In this document: piece by piece, positions 51,573 through 61,584 of the stretch
Position numbering within the stretch: the stretch's first letter is position 1
Layout: every line of letters begins with the position of its first letter
Assembly (NCBI GenBank): GCA_963767735.1
Contig: CAVYES010000007.1
Location: 288,001-352,000 of the forward strand
DNA length: 64,000 bases
DNA from: Candidatus Bathyarchaeota archaeon
GTDB lineage: Archaea > Thermoproteota > Bathyarchaeia > Bathyarchaeales > Bathycorpusculaceae
Direction of reading: 5' to 3'
Notes under the pieces: model-generated
What the model saw: the letters and a program-made list of their open reading frames with translations, nothing else
Databases searched by the model: none
Told to the model about the DNA's origin: nothing
Made by a program: the position numbers and the translations under genes

Positions 51573-52621
51573 TGGCAAAACTGTTTTTTCTTCTGTCAGG
51601 CGAAAACGAGTCGCTGCCTGCCGCTGAAGTTAAAGCGATACTGGAAGCCGAAGGCAACCCATACTCGAATGCAGAGGAGTTCGACCAGGTTCTGCGGTTA
51701 GACGCAGAAGTGGACAGCGTACAAGCCGTTCAAGTCCGTTCGGCGTACACGCGGGTTTGTGCACTGGAGCTTTTTGTTTCAAACGCGAACCTAACTGACA
51801 TAGCTAAGGTGGCTTCCGAAACAGACTTCAAAGCAGTGCTTAAAGGCGGCGAAAGCTTTGCTGTGAGAATAAACCGCATAAAAAACTACGCTGACCAAGC
51901 TTTGAATACGATGGTGCTTGAAGGCAAACTGGGCAAGCAAATCCTAAATGGCACCGAAGGCACAAAAGTCAGCCTCAAGAACCCAGATAAAACCTTTCTA
52001 GGCATAATCACAGACGAAAAACTTGTTTTAGGCTTAAAACTTACAGATATAACCTCCAAAACCTTCTCGGAACGCAGACCCCGCAAAAAACCCTTCTTTC
52101 ACCCATCTGCAATGCCCTCGAAGATGGCGCGTTGCATGGTGAACTTAGCGCATGGAAAAGCCGAAGCATTGGTGCTTGACCCGTTTTGCGGCACTGGCAC
52201 TTCGCTTATTGAAGCCGCCTACATTGGCTGCAGAGCTGTGGGTGTAGATGCTCAGAAACGAATGATTAAGGGTACTAGGAAAAACCTGCGTTTCTTCAAC
52301 ATAACTCCTGAAGGGCTGGTTTTGGCTGACGCACGCCACTTGCCCCTCATAAAGGTTGATTGTGTCGTTACTGACCCGCCTTATGGCCGCTCATCGAGCA
52401 CGCTTAGGTCAACTACTAAGCAGCTGGTGCAAGATGTTTTGGTTTCAGCGCATGACTTGTTGGGAGTGGGGCAACGGATTTGTATTGCCTCTCCTAAAAC
52501 ATTAAACATTAAAGCGTTAGGCGTTGCGTTGGGCTACAGGCATGTGGAGTCCCATTTCGCCTACGTGCATAGAACGTTAACAAGGGAAATCGCAGTATTC
52601 GAGAAGGTGCAACAACGATGA
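51572..52621 (+). CDS. trm11: tRNA (guanine-N2)-methyltransferase Trm11/TrmG10 (THUMP + MTase)
   Basis: LSGEN, KPFFHP, DPFCGTG, TDPPYG. Confidence 0.88.
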   Translation: MAKLFFLLSGENESLPAAEVKAILEAEGNPYSNAEEFDQVLRLDAEVDSVQAVQVRSAYTRVCALELFVSNANLTDIAKVASETDFKAVLKGGESFAVRINRIKNYADQALNTMVLEGKLGKQILNGTEGTKVSLKNPDKTFLGIITDEKLVLGLKLTDITSKTFSERRPRKKPFFHPSAMPSKMARCMVNLAHGKAEALVLDPFCGTGTSLIEAAYIGCRAVGVDAQKRMIKGTRKNLRFFNITPEGLVLADARHLPLIKVDCVVTDPPYGRSSSTLRSTTKQLVQDVLVSAHDLLGVGQRICIASPKTLNIKALGVALGYRHVESHFAYVHRTLTREIAVFEKVQQR

Positions 52622-53541
52622 GTATTCGTGTGGTGTTTTTGGGAACAAGCGGCAGCGTTCCAACCTTAAAGCGGAGCTTGCCATCCGTAGTTGTCCAATG
52701 CCCAAAGGAGCTATGGATGTTTGACTGCGGCGAAAATACACAGCGGCAAATGATGCAGGCAAAAGTAAGCTTCCATAAAAAACTAAATGTTCTCCTCACT
52801 CACCTGCATGGAGACCACGTGTTGGGGTTGCCAGGCGTTTTGCAGACTATGGCACTGATGGACCGCAAAGAGCCAGTCGCCGTTTATGGACCGCCCGGGA
52901 TTAAGGATTTTCTGGTTTGCACTCAAGAAACCCTAAACTTCGGCTTAACCTTCCAAGTTGAAATCACCGAGATTCTAAGCGAGGGCACAATTATAGATGA
53001 AGAAGACTACACCCTAACAGCCGCCAAGTCTAACCATGCCGTGAACAGTTACGCCTACGCGTTTGAGGAAAAACCGCGTCCTGGAAAGTTTTACCCCAAA
53101 AAAGCCCAAGCACTCGGTGTTATCAAAGGTGAATTATGGTCCAAGCTTCAGAGCGGAGAAGAAATCACGCTGCCAGACGGCAGAGCAGTTAAGCCAGGCA
53201 ACGTTATGGGGCCGCCTCGAGCTGGACGCAAAATAGTTTACACAGGCGACACCCGACCGTTCGAAGCGTTTGCAAAGTTTGCCGCAGACGCAGACCTGGT
53301 TATTCACGAGAGCACCTTTGACGATTCATTAGCTGAGAAAGCAGCATTAGATGGGCATTCAACGCCAAGCCAAGCGGCGCAGGAAGCGAAGGCATCTAAT
53401 GCGAAACGGCTGGTTTTAACGCATATTAGCGCAAGGTATCCTGATGCAACTTTGCTTTTGGAGCAGGCCAAAAAAATCTTTGCTAATACCGTGGTTGCTG
53501 AGGATTTTATGGAGCTGGAACTGCCTCTTAACGAGAGCTAA
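52618..53541 (+). CDS. rnz: ribonuclease Z
   Basis: FLGTS, DCGE, HLHGDH, YTGDT, HEST, HST, THISARY. Confidence 0.95.
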   Translation: MSIRVVFLGTSGSVPTLKRSLPSVVVQCPKELWMFDCGENTQRQMMQAKVSFHKKLNVLLTHLHGDHVLGLPGVLQTMALMDRKEPVAVYGPPGIKDFLVCTQETLNFGLTFQVEITEILSEGTIIDEEDYTLTAAKSNHAVNSYAYAFEEKPRPGKFYPKKAQALGVIKGELWSKLQSGEEITLPDGRAVKPGNVMGPPRAGRKIVYTGDTRPFEAFAKFAADADLVIHESTFDDSLAEKAALDGHSTPSQAAQEAKASNAKRLVLTHISARYPDATLLLEQAKKIFANTVVAEDFMELELPLNES

Positions 53542-54320
53542 GCTAAGAGCTGTTTTAGTTTTTTGATGCTTTCGGGAACGTTTGTTGTGGATTCGATGAT
53601 TACGGATTTGTCGTATCCCATTTTCTTTAAGGTTTCTGCGAACGAGTTATAGTCGATTTTGCCTTGGCCTATGCCGAGATGTTGATCGTCGGAGCCGTCG
53701 TTGTCGCTGGCATGGATGTGGACGATTTTGTCGGTTAGCAATTTGAAGAAGGGTTCAATTTGACCCTCCAGGTTAGCGTGCCCAATGTCCAAGACGATGC
53801 CGACAGGCAAGTTTGTTTCCCTGTAGAAACGAGCAAACTCTTCAGGTTTACTCATAAAAAAATAGTATTTAGCCGGCAAATTCTCAAGCGCAATGTTTAA
53901 GCCATATTCTTCCGCCGACTCATAGAGCTCTTCTATGCTTTGGTTGTTTTGTTTCCAGTCGGCGCCAGGGTAGAATTGCCCGATGCCAGTTTTTGCTCCC
54001 GGATGAAAAACCCAAACCTTCGCATCCATTGCGGTGGCGAAAGCCATGGATTGCTTGAGCCGCTTCATTGAAGCAGCAAGCATGGATTTGGAGGGTGATG
54101 CAATGTTGATGTCGGCAAAAGGAGCGTGCAGAGAATACTCTAATTCGTAAGATTTTGCGGCTTCCTTTAGGGTGGCAACGCGTTTTTTGTCAAGTTCATA
54201 CGTCCCGTCATCTACAATTTCTATGGTCCGCGTATCCATACTGCCTAAACGTTTAACCATCCGATTGAACGGCTCACCTAGGCAATAAAGCATCGAAATG
54301 CCAACCTTAGCTTCGGACAT
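53538..54320 (-). CDS. sugar phosphate isomerase/epimerase (xylose isomerase-like TIM barrel)
   Basis: HAPF.DIN, FHPG, LEN, DIGHA, HIHASDNDG..DQH. Confidence 0.88.
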   Translation of the reverse strand: MSEAKVGISMLYCLGEPFNRMVKRLGSMDTRTIEIVDDGTYELDKKRVATLKEAAKSYELEYSLHAPFADINIASPSKSMLAASMKRLKQSMAFATAMDAKVWVFHPGAKTGIGQFYPGADWKQNNQSIEELYESAEEYGLNIALENLPAKYYFFMSKPEEFARFYRETNLPVGIVLDIGHANLEGQIEPFFKLLTDKIVHIHASDNDGSDDQHLGIGQGKIDYNSFAETLKKMGYDKSVIIESTTNVPESIKKLKQLLA

Positions 54321-54610
54321 ACAGCAACTGCCTCGTTTATTTGATTGATTCGTGGGTTTAGAGTTTAAAAACAGCTTAATAACTTAATTGGAATAAGCAA
54401 AAAGCGAATGCTACAAAAAATCTGCTCTTAATTGATAGATGAGCGTATTTACTTTTTCCAACGTTAACTAGGAATGAAAATGCGACGGTTTTTATTCATT
54501 TTTGAGTAAAAAAAATTGCTGAACAATAGAGTCTACAAGCTGACTTCATGTTCTTATGAGTCAGAGGCATAGGTGATTCCTGCTTTTGAATCTTGTACTT
54601 TAGGTTTTTT

Positions 54611-54895
54611 GGTCGAATTGGGTCGGAAAGAGTCGGAAGCAGTCGAAACAGGTCAGATACAGTCGAACAGAGTCGCAACCTGCAAACACCTTAAAGCCTA
54701 AAACAAAAAAGCAACCATAAACAACAAGAACACACAGCGTCCGAAATAGCGGATAATCGCTTGAAGGGTTTAAAGGAAATAAAAATACATTTTGCTACAT
54801 TTCGGTACGTTTTGCTACATTCTAATATATTCTGATACATTTCTGTACGCAACCTACAAGCAATTAAAGCCCTGAAAACGAAAACCAACCCAAAA
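54611..54895. repeat. composite repeat locus 2: two 10-bp-period arrays and two conserved leaders
   Basis: RGTC(G) x7 (54611-54675), leader 54676-54721, TAC x7 with one TAT (54781-54849), leader 54850-54895. Confidence 0.9.
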
Positions 54896-54989
54896 CACAA
54901 AGACAAAAATTTTGCAGCAAAAATAATCAACACCTACTGGTAGATAGCTGAGTGAGCAAACAAATGTGCAGAAACGAAACTTGATAAAA

Positions 54990-55466
54990 CTATGGTTTTC
55001 TGTACAGATAGATTGTGTGAGAAGGATAGCCTAACTGGGGATTCTCGCAGAAATTTTCAACTTTCTCGGGTTGCCAACCGATAATCTCGTAATCATGCGA
55101 AACTACACGTGCGCCTTTTTTAAGGTCGCTTTCAAGTTTAGGCCTGATTTTCTCATTTGCACTTGTTGTCAAATACAAGTAAACTACATCAGCGGAACTT
55201 AAGTTGATGTCAAACATGTTACTGTTCATTATGGTTACTCTGTCCTCAAGACCATTCTCATGAATGGTACCCATCGCTTTTTTCGCCAAATCCTCACGCA
55301 GTTCAATGCCGACGCCCCGGGCACCGAAAGTTTTCGCCGCCATGATTACGGTTCTACCATCTCCAGAACCCATATCAAACAGCACTTCGCCAGCCTTCAA
55401 ATCAGCCAACTTTAGCATATATTCTACAACACTGTTTGGACTTGGAACGAAAGGAGCAATAAACAT
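54990..55466 (-). CDS. class I SAM-dependent methyltransferase (protein lysine MTase-like)
   Basis: APFVPSP, DMGSGDGR, GIE, ADVVYLYL, RVVSHDY. Confidence 0.88.
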   Translation of the reverse strand: MFIAPFVPSPNSVVEYMLKLADLKAGEVLFDMGSGDGRTVIMAAKTFGARGVGIELREDLAKKAMGTIHENGLEDRVTIMNSNMFDINLSSADVVYLYLTTSANEKIRPKLESDLKKGARVVSHDYEIIGWQPEKVENFCENPQLGYPSHTIYLYRKP

Positions 55467-55496
55467 TTCCAGACTTCACCAATGTTATTTATGCTT

Positions 55497-55847
55497 TTAT
55501 GCCACGTAAGCGTCCTTTTTCGGATTTGGTCTTCTAGCTTCTCCGCATTTTGCACAGCTTTGAGCGCATAACTCAAGGTATTTTTCTTCATCTGCTGAAC
55601 CAACGGCGTTAGCTGCTTTTGTGCAGAGTTCACTTGGTTCAGAGCAGCCTTCTTCTTTGCATAGTTTCGAAATGTATTGGCATACTTCTTGCACATCTTT
55701 GGGTTCTAAGATAGCCCTATTGGTGCGAACAATTAAACATAGCTCCCGCGCCATGACACAAGTTTTAACGTATTTAATGCGTTCAAGAACTTCACTGCGT
55801 AAATTCTTTCGACTTATTTCCACGCTTCTTAAATCTCCTACTGGCAC
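55497..55847 (-). CDS. Cys-rich hypothetical protein
   Basis: 116 aa, 9 Cys, co-oriented with the methyltransferase. Confidence 0.7.
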   Translation of the reverse strand: MPVGDLRSVEISRKNLRSEVLERIKYVKTCVMARELCLIVRTNRAILEPKDVQEVCQYISKLCKEEGCSEPSELCTKAANAVGSADEEKYLELCAQSCAKCGEARRPNPKKDAYVA

Positions 55848-55937
55848 TTAAGCAAATAAGCAGATAAGCAGTCTAGGTTTAAATAGTTGCTGTTATTCCG
55901 CATAAACATACAATTTAAAAAAAGAAAACTAAATCAT

Positions 55938-58811
55938 TTATGAAAAACGTTTACTTAGTGCTTTACGTTCAGCCTCCAAAACCAACTCGTAAAATCGATC
56001 CGAAAGCTTAGATTCCTTCTCTAAAACGGCTGCAATTTCCACTGTTGAAACCCGTCGAGCGCTCAATGCCACTGCCGCCGCTTTACCATACTTTTCAATT
56101 AATTCAGCAGTATGCTTAGCTTGCAACCGCATCTTTTCCTCATCCTTAGCCAAGCGTCCCTTCTTCTCAATTAACGGCAAAGCCTTCTCCTCATCCACCT
56201 TCAACAATCCAATGGCAAAAGACCCACATCTGGGACACTTGGGCCTATCAGGCAAATCTTTGATGCAAATCGTCTCCATGTAATCCCAACAGCAAGTGCA
56301 AATGAAATTGCCTGTTTCATTTAGCAATCGCGCCTTGGCTGCCGCAACAAGCACAGCGCGCATTTTCTCGGGCGGAATAAGATCAGTTTTCATGCTTACC
56401 CGCTCGATACCCACGCGAGCAACTGGAGTTGCATCCCCGCCTGTCGCAACAACCTGTAAGCCTACGTCGCCGTCATGAATCCGTTTAAGCACCATGACAA
56501 GCCCATCGGCATCAAGGTCTTTAGAGAAAACCTCCTTCAACCCCTCTTCATAGATCAGGGTACCCTCAAAACTCGAAATCAGCTTCTGGATGCTAATGTT
56601 GCTAAAGTCAGCCCACTTTTTTAGTGCACCAAAACGCCTCGCTACCTGTATTACTCGTCTTTTGAATAAGCCAGTCTTCACAGTTGACCTAGTCAACGTG
56701 TCCTTAACCGATTGGGAACTCATCCCTTTCAACTCATCAAAAACTTCAACCAGCCTCTCAGCACTCATACTGCCCATCGTTTGGACAAAAATGCGGTAAG
56801 GGTCATGCTGAACCACGATACCATAACCAAGCTTGTCAGACAACACTTCCCCAAGGAACTGCGCTAAGGCACGATTAATTAGCGAACCAAAATTAGAATG
56901 AATAATAACAAATTCACCCCAATCCTCAACAACAATCCGCGTAGAAGTAGGAACCACAAAGCCGCAGTTCACTTGCTCAACCGTCTCCGCCAAAGCATGC
57001 AAAATCGTCTCCGCATCGGCTGCATAACGCCCACTAAGCAAAGCACTTATCTGCTCTGGCGTAAGCCCACTATGCATTTTTTCTTCCGCGAATCCGCGTA
57101 TTTCCGCCAGCTCCTGTGCGATTTCATATGGAACAGGAATTTCTTCGCCTATCCAACTGGGAATTGAGCCAGTTGGGTCATCGACAGGGCGGACATAAAC
57201 TTTGTCTTCTGTAGCATGGATTATTTGCCATGGGCTGCCTCGTATAATAAATTTTGTTCCAGGCTTGCCGTACTCCGCCATGAACGCTTCATCTAATACC
57301 CCGATGGATGTGTCAGATGACTCGTCAATTACAAGAAACTGTTTCTCCTCAGGAATCATTGATAAATTATCGAAATAGTATTCAAACAAAGCCTTAGAAC
57401 GCTGAGGCTTCAAAGCGACTTGGTCCTCAAAGGATACCCATGCTAAACGCGGAAAACGATCATACATGTACCTAAAAGCTTTTCCAACGTCTTCGATGGT
57501 TAAATTCTCAAAAGGCGCAGCGTTACGTGCTAATTCTAAAACACCGCTAAATTCTAATCGCCTATTCTTCAGCATCAACCCAGCAATCTGATGAACCAAA
57601 ACATCGTAGGGTTTGTCTGGAATTTGAAGTGGCTCCAACTCTTCATTGAGAGCTCTTCTGGCAATAACTAAGGCTTCAAGCGTATCATCCGAATCCATGC
57701 CGATTATCACGCCTTCGGCAACATCTCCGTAAGTGTGGCCTGCCCGTCCCACGCGTTGTATGAGTCTAGTCACTTGACGTGGACTCATATATTGAATGAC
57801 AAAATCTATTCGCCCAATATCTATTCCCAATTCAAGACTGCTGGTGGCGATTAAACCCTTAAGCTCACCTCGTTTTAAACCGTTTTCAGCAGCAATCCTT
57901 GAAACCTTAGCTAAAGAGCCATGGTGGATCGATATGGGAAAATCAATGTCCCAAACCTTAAATCTAGAAGCCAAAACTTCCGAAATTGAACGCGTATTTG
58001 TAAATAAAAGAACGGATTTTCGTTTACTCATGTAATCGCGGATAATACGCAGTCTGGCTGCCACCTCTGGATGCGTGTAAATTTTCGATGCAAACCTGAC
58101 ATCTTCCTCAGTTGGCTTCGGATAGATTACTTGCAGCTTCACCATTTTGGCAACTGGAACACGGATGATTTCTACGGGGCGTTTATTGCCGACAAGGAAA
58201 TGGGCGACTTTTTCTGGGCTGCCTATCGTAGCGGATAAACCGATCATTTGGAAGTCTTTTCCGATTAGGCTTCTGATCCGTTCCAGTGCCAATGACAGCT
58301 GGCTTCCGCGTTTGCTGTCAGCTAACTCATGTACTTCATCAATTACTACCCATCGTAAGCTTTGTAGGTGTTGACGCAAAATCCAGCCAGAAAGTATAGC
58401 TTGTAGTGTTTCAGGAGTCGTTATAAGAATATCAGGCGGACTTCGGGATTGACGAGTTCTTTCTTTTGATTCAGTGTCACCATGCCGAACGGCGAGTTTT
58501 ATATCTAAGCTGTTGCACCACCATTGAAGCCGCTCAAGCAAGTCTCTATTTAGAGCCCGCAACGGAGTGATGTATAGCACTTTTATGCCTGGCGTTTTGG
58601 GTTCCTTAAGAAGCATGCTTAGCACAGGCAGGAAAGCAGCTTCTGTTTTGCCTGTAGCTGTAGGTGAAATTAACAGGACATTTTTGCCCTCGAGGATTTT
58701 TGGTATTGTTTTTTCTTGAGGTTCAGTTGGTTTAGAGAATCCTTTCTGTTCAACGAGCCTTCGAACTGGCTTCACAAGCATTTCAAAAGCATTCTCAGAA
58801 GTTGCTTGCAA
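55938..58811 (-). CDS. lhr: Lhr-family SF2 helicase
   Basis: PTATGKT, ITPLRAL, TTPE, DEVH, SAT, HHGSL, QRVGRAGH, C-terminal zinc ribbon. Confidence 0.93.
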   Translation of the reverse strand: MQATSENAFEMLVKPVRRLVEQKGFSKPTEPQEKTIPKILEGKNVLLISPTATGKTEAAFLPVLSMLLKEPKTPGIKVLYITPLRALNRDLLERLQWWCNSLDIKLAVRHGDTESKERTRQSRSPPDILITTPETLQAILSGWILRQHLQSLRWVVIDEVHELADSKRGSQLSLALERIRSLIGKDFQMIGLSATIGSPEKVAHFLVGNKRPVEIIRVPVAKMVKLQVIYPKPTEEDVRFASKIYTHPEVAARLRIIRDYMSKRKSVLLFTNTRSISEVLASRFKVWDIDFPISIHHGSLAKVSRIAAENGLKRGELKGLIATSSLELGIDIGRIDFVIQYMSPRQVTRLIQRVGRAGHTYGDVAEGVIIGMDSDDTLEALVIARRALNEELEPLQIPDKPYDVLVHQIAGLMLKNRRLEFSGVLELARNAAPFENLTIEDVGKAFRYMYDRFPRLAWVSFEDQVALKPQRSKALFEYYFDNLSMIPEEKQFLVIDESSDTSIGVLDEAFMAEYGKPGTKFIIRGSPWQIIHATEDKVYVRPVDDPTGSIPSWIGEEIPVPYEIAQELAEIRGFAEEKMHSGLTPEQISALLSGRYAADAETILHALAETVEQVNCGFVVPTSTRIVVEDWGEFVIIHSNFGSLINRALAQFLGEVLSDKLGYGIVVQHDPYRIFVQTMGSMSAERLVEVFDELKGMSSQSVKDTLTRSTVKTGLFKRRVIQVARRFGALKKWADFSNISIQKLISSFEGTLIYEEGLKEVFSKDLDADGLVMVLKRIHDGDVGLQVVATGGDATPVARVGIERVSMKTDLIPPEKMRAVLVAAAKARLLNETGNFICTCCWDYMETICIKDLPDRPKCPRCGSFAIGLLKVDEEKALPLIEKKGRLAKDEEKMRLQAKHTAELIEKYGKAAAVALSARRVSTVEIAAVLEKESKLSDRFYELVLEAERKALSKRFS

Positions 58812-59125
58812 TATAAGTTGAACCTCGAATGGTATGATAAGCGGGGATTCTGCTATAAAAAAGGTTAGGGAAGGTTAACGAGAACTTCAGGCGTTTCTTG
58901 GCAATTATTAACTTTTAAGGCTTAGGGCATGGTTAATTGTTGCTGTTTCTGGTCAGTAAGGAGATATTTTAAAGGATTTCCAACCATTTCCTACGGCGAC
59001 ATCCATGGCGTATACAAAAAATTGTTTAAACATACCGTGTAAACGCAGAATATATATTGGAAACGTATGGAAAGTTTTTTATTCTATAATGATAAACCAT
59101 GGAATCGTAATACGGAGGAAATTGA

Positions 59126-59296
59126 ATGGCTAAATGTCCAAAATGTGGAACAGAAGTTCCAAAGACAAAAAAGAGTTGGAAAATGGCTGGTCGTCCAGAT
59201 AAAGCTGGAAAACGAATGCAACTGGAAATCGGACTCTACGAATGTCCAAAATGCGGCAACGTATTCCGCGAAGTCTTAAGCAAAAAGAAAATCTAA
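59126..59296 (+). CDS. Cren7-like small basic chromatin protein with zinc ribbon
   Basis: manual translation MAKCPKCGTEVPKTKKSWKMAGRPDKAGKRMQLEIGLYECPKCGNVFREVLSKKKI; GGAGG RBS. Confidence 0.75.
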   Translation: MAKCPKCGTEVPKTKKSWKMAGRPDKAGKRMQLEIGLYECPKCGNVFREVLSKKKI

Positions 59297-59423
59297 AACT
59301 GCAATTAAATCAAGTTTAGTTGCATAACTTGCTCTCTTTTATTTTTATTTAATCTAAAAAAGAGAAGAATTAAAACATAGGAACTCTTTATGAACAGGAA
59401 CATTTCAAAGTAGAGGCACAAGT

Positions 59424-60098
59424 TTGAATGCTCGAAAGCATGTGTGGAATAAAGATTACTTCAAAACAGTAGTAGCTATAGCATTAATTGTTGCAATAGT
59501 TTTAAGCTTTTTATTTGGTTTGCAATTCGCGCTTCACACACCTGATCCTGCCTTAACTGTGGAAAGCGGCAGCATGAGTATTCCTTACGATGCCTACGAT
59601 AACTTCTGGGATAGCGTAGCTCACCCGTTTGATCGAACCCTAAGTATAGGAGACATCATAATCGTCCAAGGCGTAAATCCGGCGGATTTGAACGCAAATT
59701 ACCCCAACAGCGACATAATTGTTTACCGCAATCCGTCAGACCCCGACACACTCATTGTTCACCGAATAGTTTCAAAACAAGAAATTAACGGCACATGGTA
59801 CTTCCAGACGAAGGGTGACGGCAACGGGCAACAATGGCCGGCTACACCTTCGCCGGACCAATATGATAGCCAAACCATTTGGCATAGTGCTCAATATAGC
59901 AATACTGGGATTCCACAAAGCTACGTGGTCGGTAAAGTGATTATGCGTATTCCGTGGATAGGTTGGGTAACTCTTTTCATGAGGGATAATTCTTGGGGGT
60001 TACCAGTGATTATTGCTCTCATAACGCTGCTTATTATAATCGAATTTATCGTGCCTATATTGAGAGAGAAAAAACCTGAAAATCAGAACTCGGTGTAA
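59424..60098 (+). CDS. sec11: signal peptidase I (Sec11 type), copy 1
   Basis: VESGSM, GDII, IVHRI, TKGDGN, GKV..RIPWIG. Confidence 0.9.
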   Translation: MNARKHVWNKDYFKTVVAIALIVAIVLSFLFGLQFALHTPDPALTVESGSMSIPYDAYDNFWDSVAHPFDRTLSIGDIIIVQGVNPADLNANYPNSDIIVYRNPSDPDTLIVHRIVSKQEINGTWYFQTKGDGNGQQWPATPSPDQYDSQTIWHSAQYSNTGIPQSYVVGKVIMRIPWIGWVTLFMRDNSWGLPVIIALITLLIIIEFIVPILREKKPENQNSV

Positions 60099-60280
60099 CC
60101 GCAGTGTCAGGTATCTTCATAAAGTCACGTTTTGATAAGACCAAGATGTATTGATGCAACCAGAACCTTACTGATTGCGTCATGTGTCCTCGCTCTTATG
60201 TTTCTATATTACGAAGCGGTAAGTTTTAAAACACAATAGTTCTTTATGAAAAGGAATACTTCGATTGTTGAGGCACAAGT

Positions 60281-60919
60281 TTGAGCGATTTAAAAAAGTT
60301 TTGGAAAAATGATTACTTCAAAACGATAGTTGCCATCGTTTTGATTGTTGCAATTGTCCTCAGCTTCTTATTTGGCCTGCAGTTCGCGCTTCACACGCCT
60401 GATCCTGCCTTAACTGTGGAAAGCGGCAGCATGAGTATTCCTTACGATGCCTACGATAACTTCTGGGATAGCATAGCTCACCCGTTTGATCGAACCCTAA
60501 GTATAGGCGACATCATAATCGTCCAAGGCGTAAACCCTAAAGACCTAAACACAAACTACCCAAACAGCGACATAATCGTCTTCCACAGCCCCAACGATTA
60601 TAACATGTTAATTGTGCACCGCATAATAAGCACAGTAGTAGTCAACGGCACCACATATTTTCTCACTAAAGGGGACGGAAACGGAAACCCATGGCCACAA
60701 ACTCCAACATCAGGCCAAGACCCTTGGGACTACAACAATCCACCCGGAGTTCCGTCAAACTATATAGTAGGCAAAGTTGTTATGCGTATTCCGTGGTTTG
60801 GTTGGATAACACTTTTCATGAGGGATAATTCTTGGGGTTTGCCAGTGGTTATTGCGCTTATATTGTTGCTTATAGTTATCGAATTTATCGTACCTATATT
60901 AAGAGAGAAAGAAACCTGA
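60281..60919 (+). CDS. sec11: signal peptidase I (Sec11 type), copy 2
   Basis: same motifs as copy 1; tandem duplicate. Confidence 0.9.
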   Translation: MSDLKKFWKNDYFKTIVAIVLIVAIVLSFLFGLQFALHTPDPALTVESGSMSIPYDAYDNFWDSIAHPFDRTLSIGDIIIVQGVNPKDLNTNYPNSDIIVFHSPNDYNMLIVHRIISTVVVNGTTYFLTKGDGNGNPWPQTPTSGQDPWDYNNPPGVPSNYIVGKVVMRIPWFGWITLFMRDNSWGLPVVIALILLLIVIEFIVPILREKET

Positions 60920-61013
60920 ACAACAGAACCCAACGCAGCCGCAGTTACAGATGTCTTTATAAAGTCAGTTGATAAGGGATATTTAAAGGGCGTTAAAGCA
61001 AGAGGGAAATGGA

Positions 61014-61574
61014 GTGCCAAAAGTTAAAGCTACAATAAGCATCGAGAACGTGGTCGCTTCCGCAACGCTGAACCAGAAAGTTGACTTGAACGCCGTTGTA
61101 AAGGGTTACCCAGGTGTTGAATATCGCCCTGAACAGTTTCCAGGCCTAGTTTTCAGGTTAAAACGCCCCAAAACTGCGACTTTAATTTTTAGTTCTGGAA
61201 AGATGGTTTGCACAGGGGCTAAATCGGAGAAAGAAGCTCGTAGAGCCGTGATGAAAGTTGTTAAGGAACTTAAGAAAGGCGGCATAATAATCATCAGCAA
61301 ACCAGAACTTAAAATACAAAACATAGTTGCTTCAGGCGGTTTAGGCGGCATGATTGATTTAGAAAAAGCTGCATACACGCTTGGACATGCAATGTATGAA
61401 CCTGAACAGTTCCCAGGATTAATTTATAGGATGCAAGAGCCAAAAGTTGTGATTTTGCTTTTTGCAAGTGGAAAACTCGTTTGCACTGGAGCCAAAAAAG
61501 AACAAGACGTTTATGACGCAGTGGAAAAATTGCATACGCTACTTGAAGAAACCAATCTAATATTTTATGAATAA
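61014..61574 (+). CDS. tbp: TATA-box-binding protein
   Basis: two NVVAS/NIVAS..Y.PEQFPGL..SGK.VCTGAK repeats. Confidence 0.97.
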   Translation: MPKVKATISIENVVASATLNQKVDLNAVVKGYPGVEYRPEQFPGLVFRLKRPKTATLIFSSGKMVCTGAKSEKEARRAVMKVVKELKKGGIIIISKPELKIQNIVASGGLGGMIDLEKAAYTLGHAMYEPEQFPGLIYRMQEPKVVILLFASGKLVCTGAKKEQDVYDAVEKLHTLLEETNLIFYE

Positions 61575-61584
61575 AATTTGGGCT

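Noticed and set aside
50241-54895. Calling the decamer arrays CRISPR arrays
   Set aside because: Units are 10 bp and contiguous, with no unique spacers and no cas genes in the window
54496-54933. ORFs 54496-54678 and 54691-54933 overlapping the arrays
   Set aside because: A 10-nt period is not codon-compatible and the homologous locus 1 has early stops
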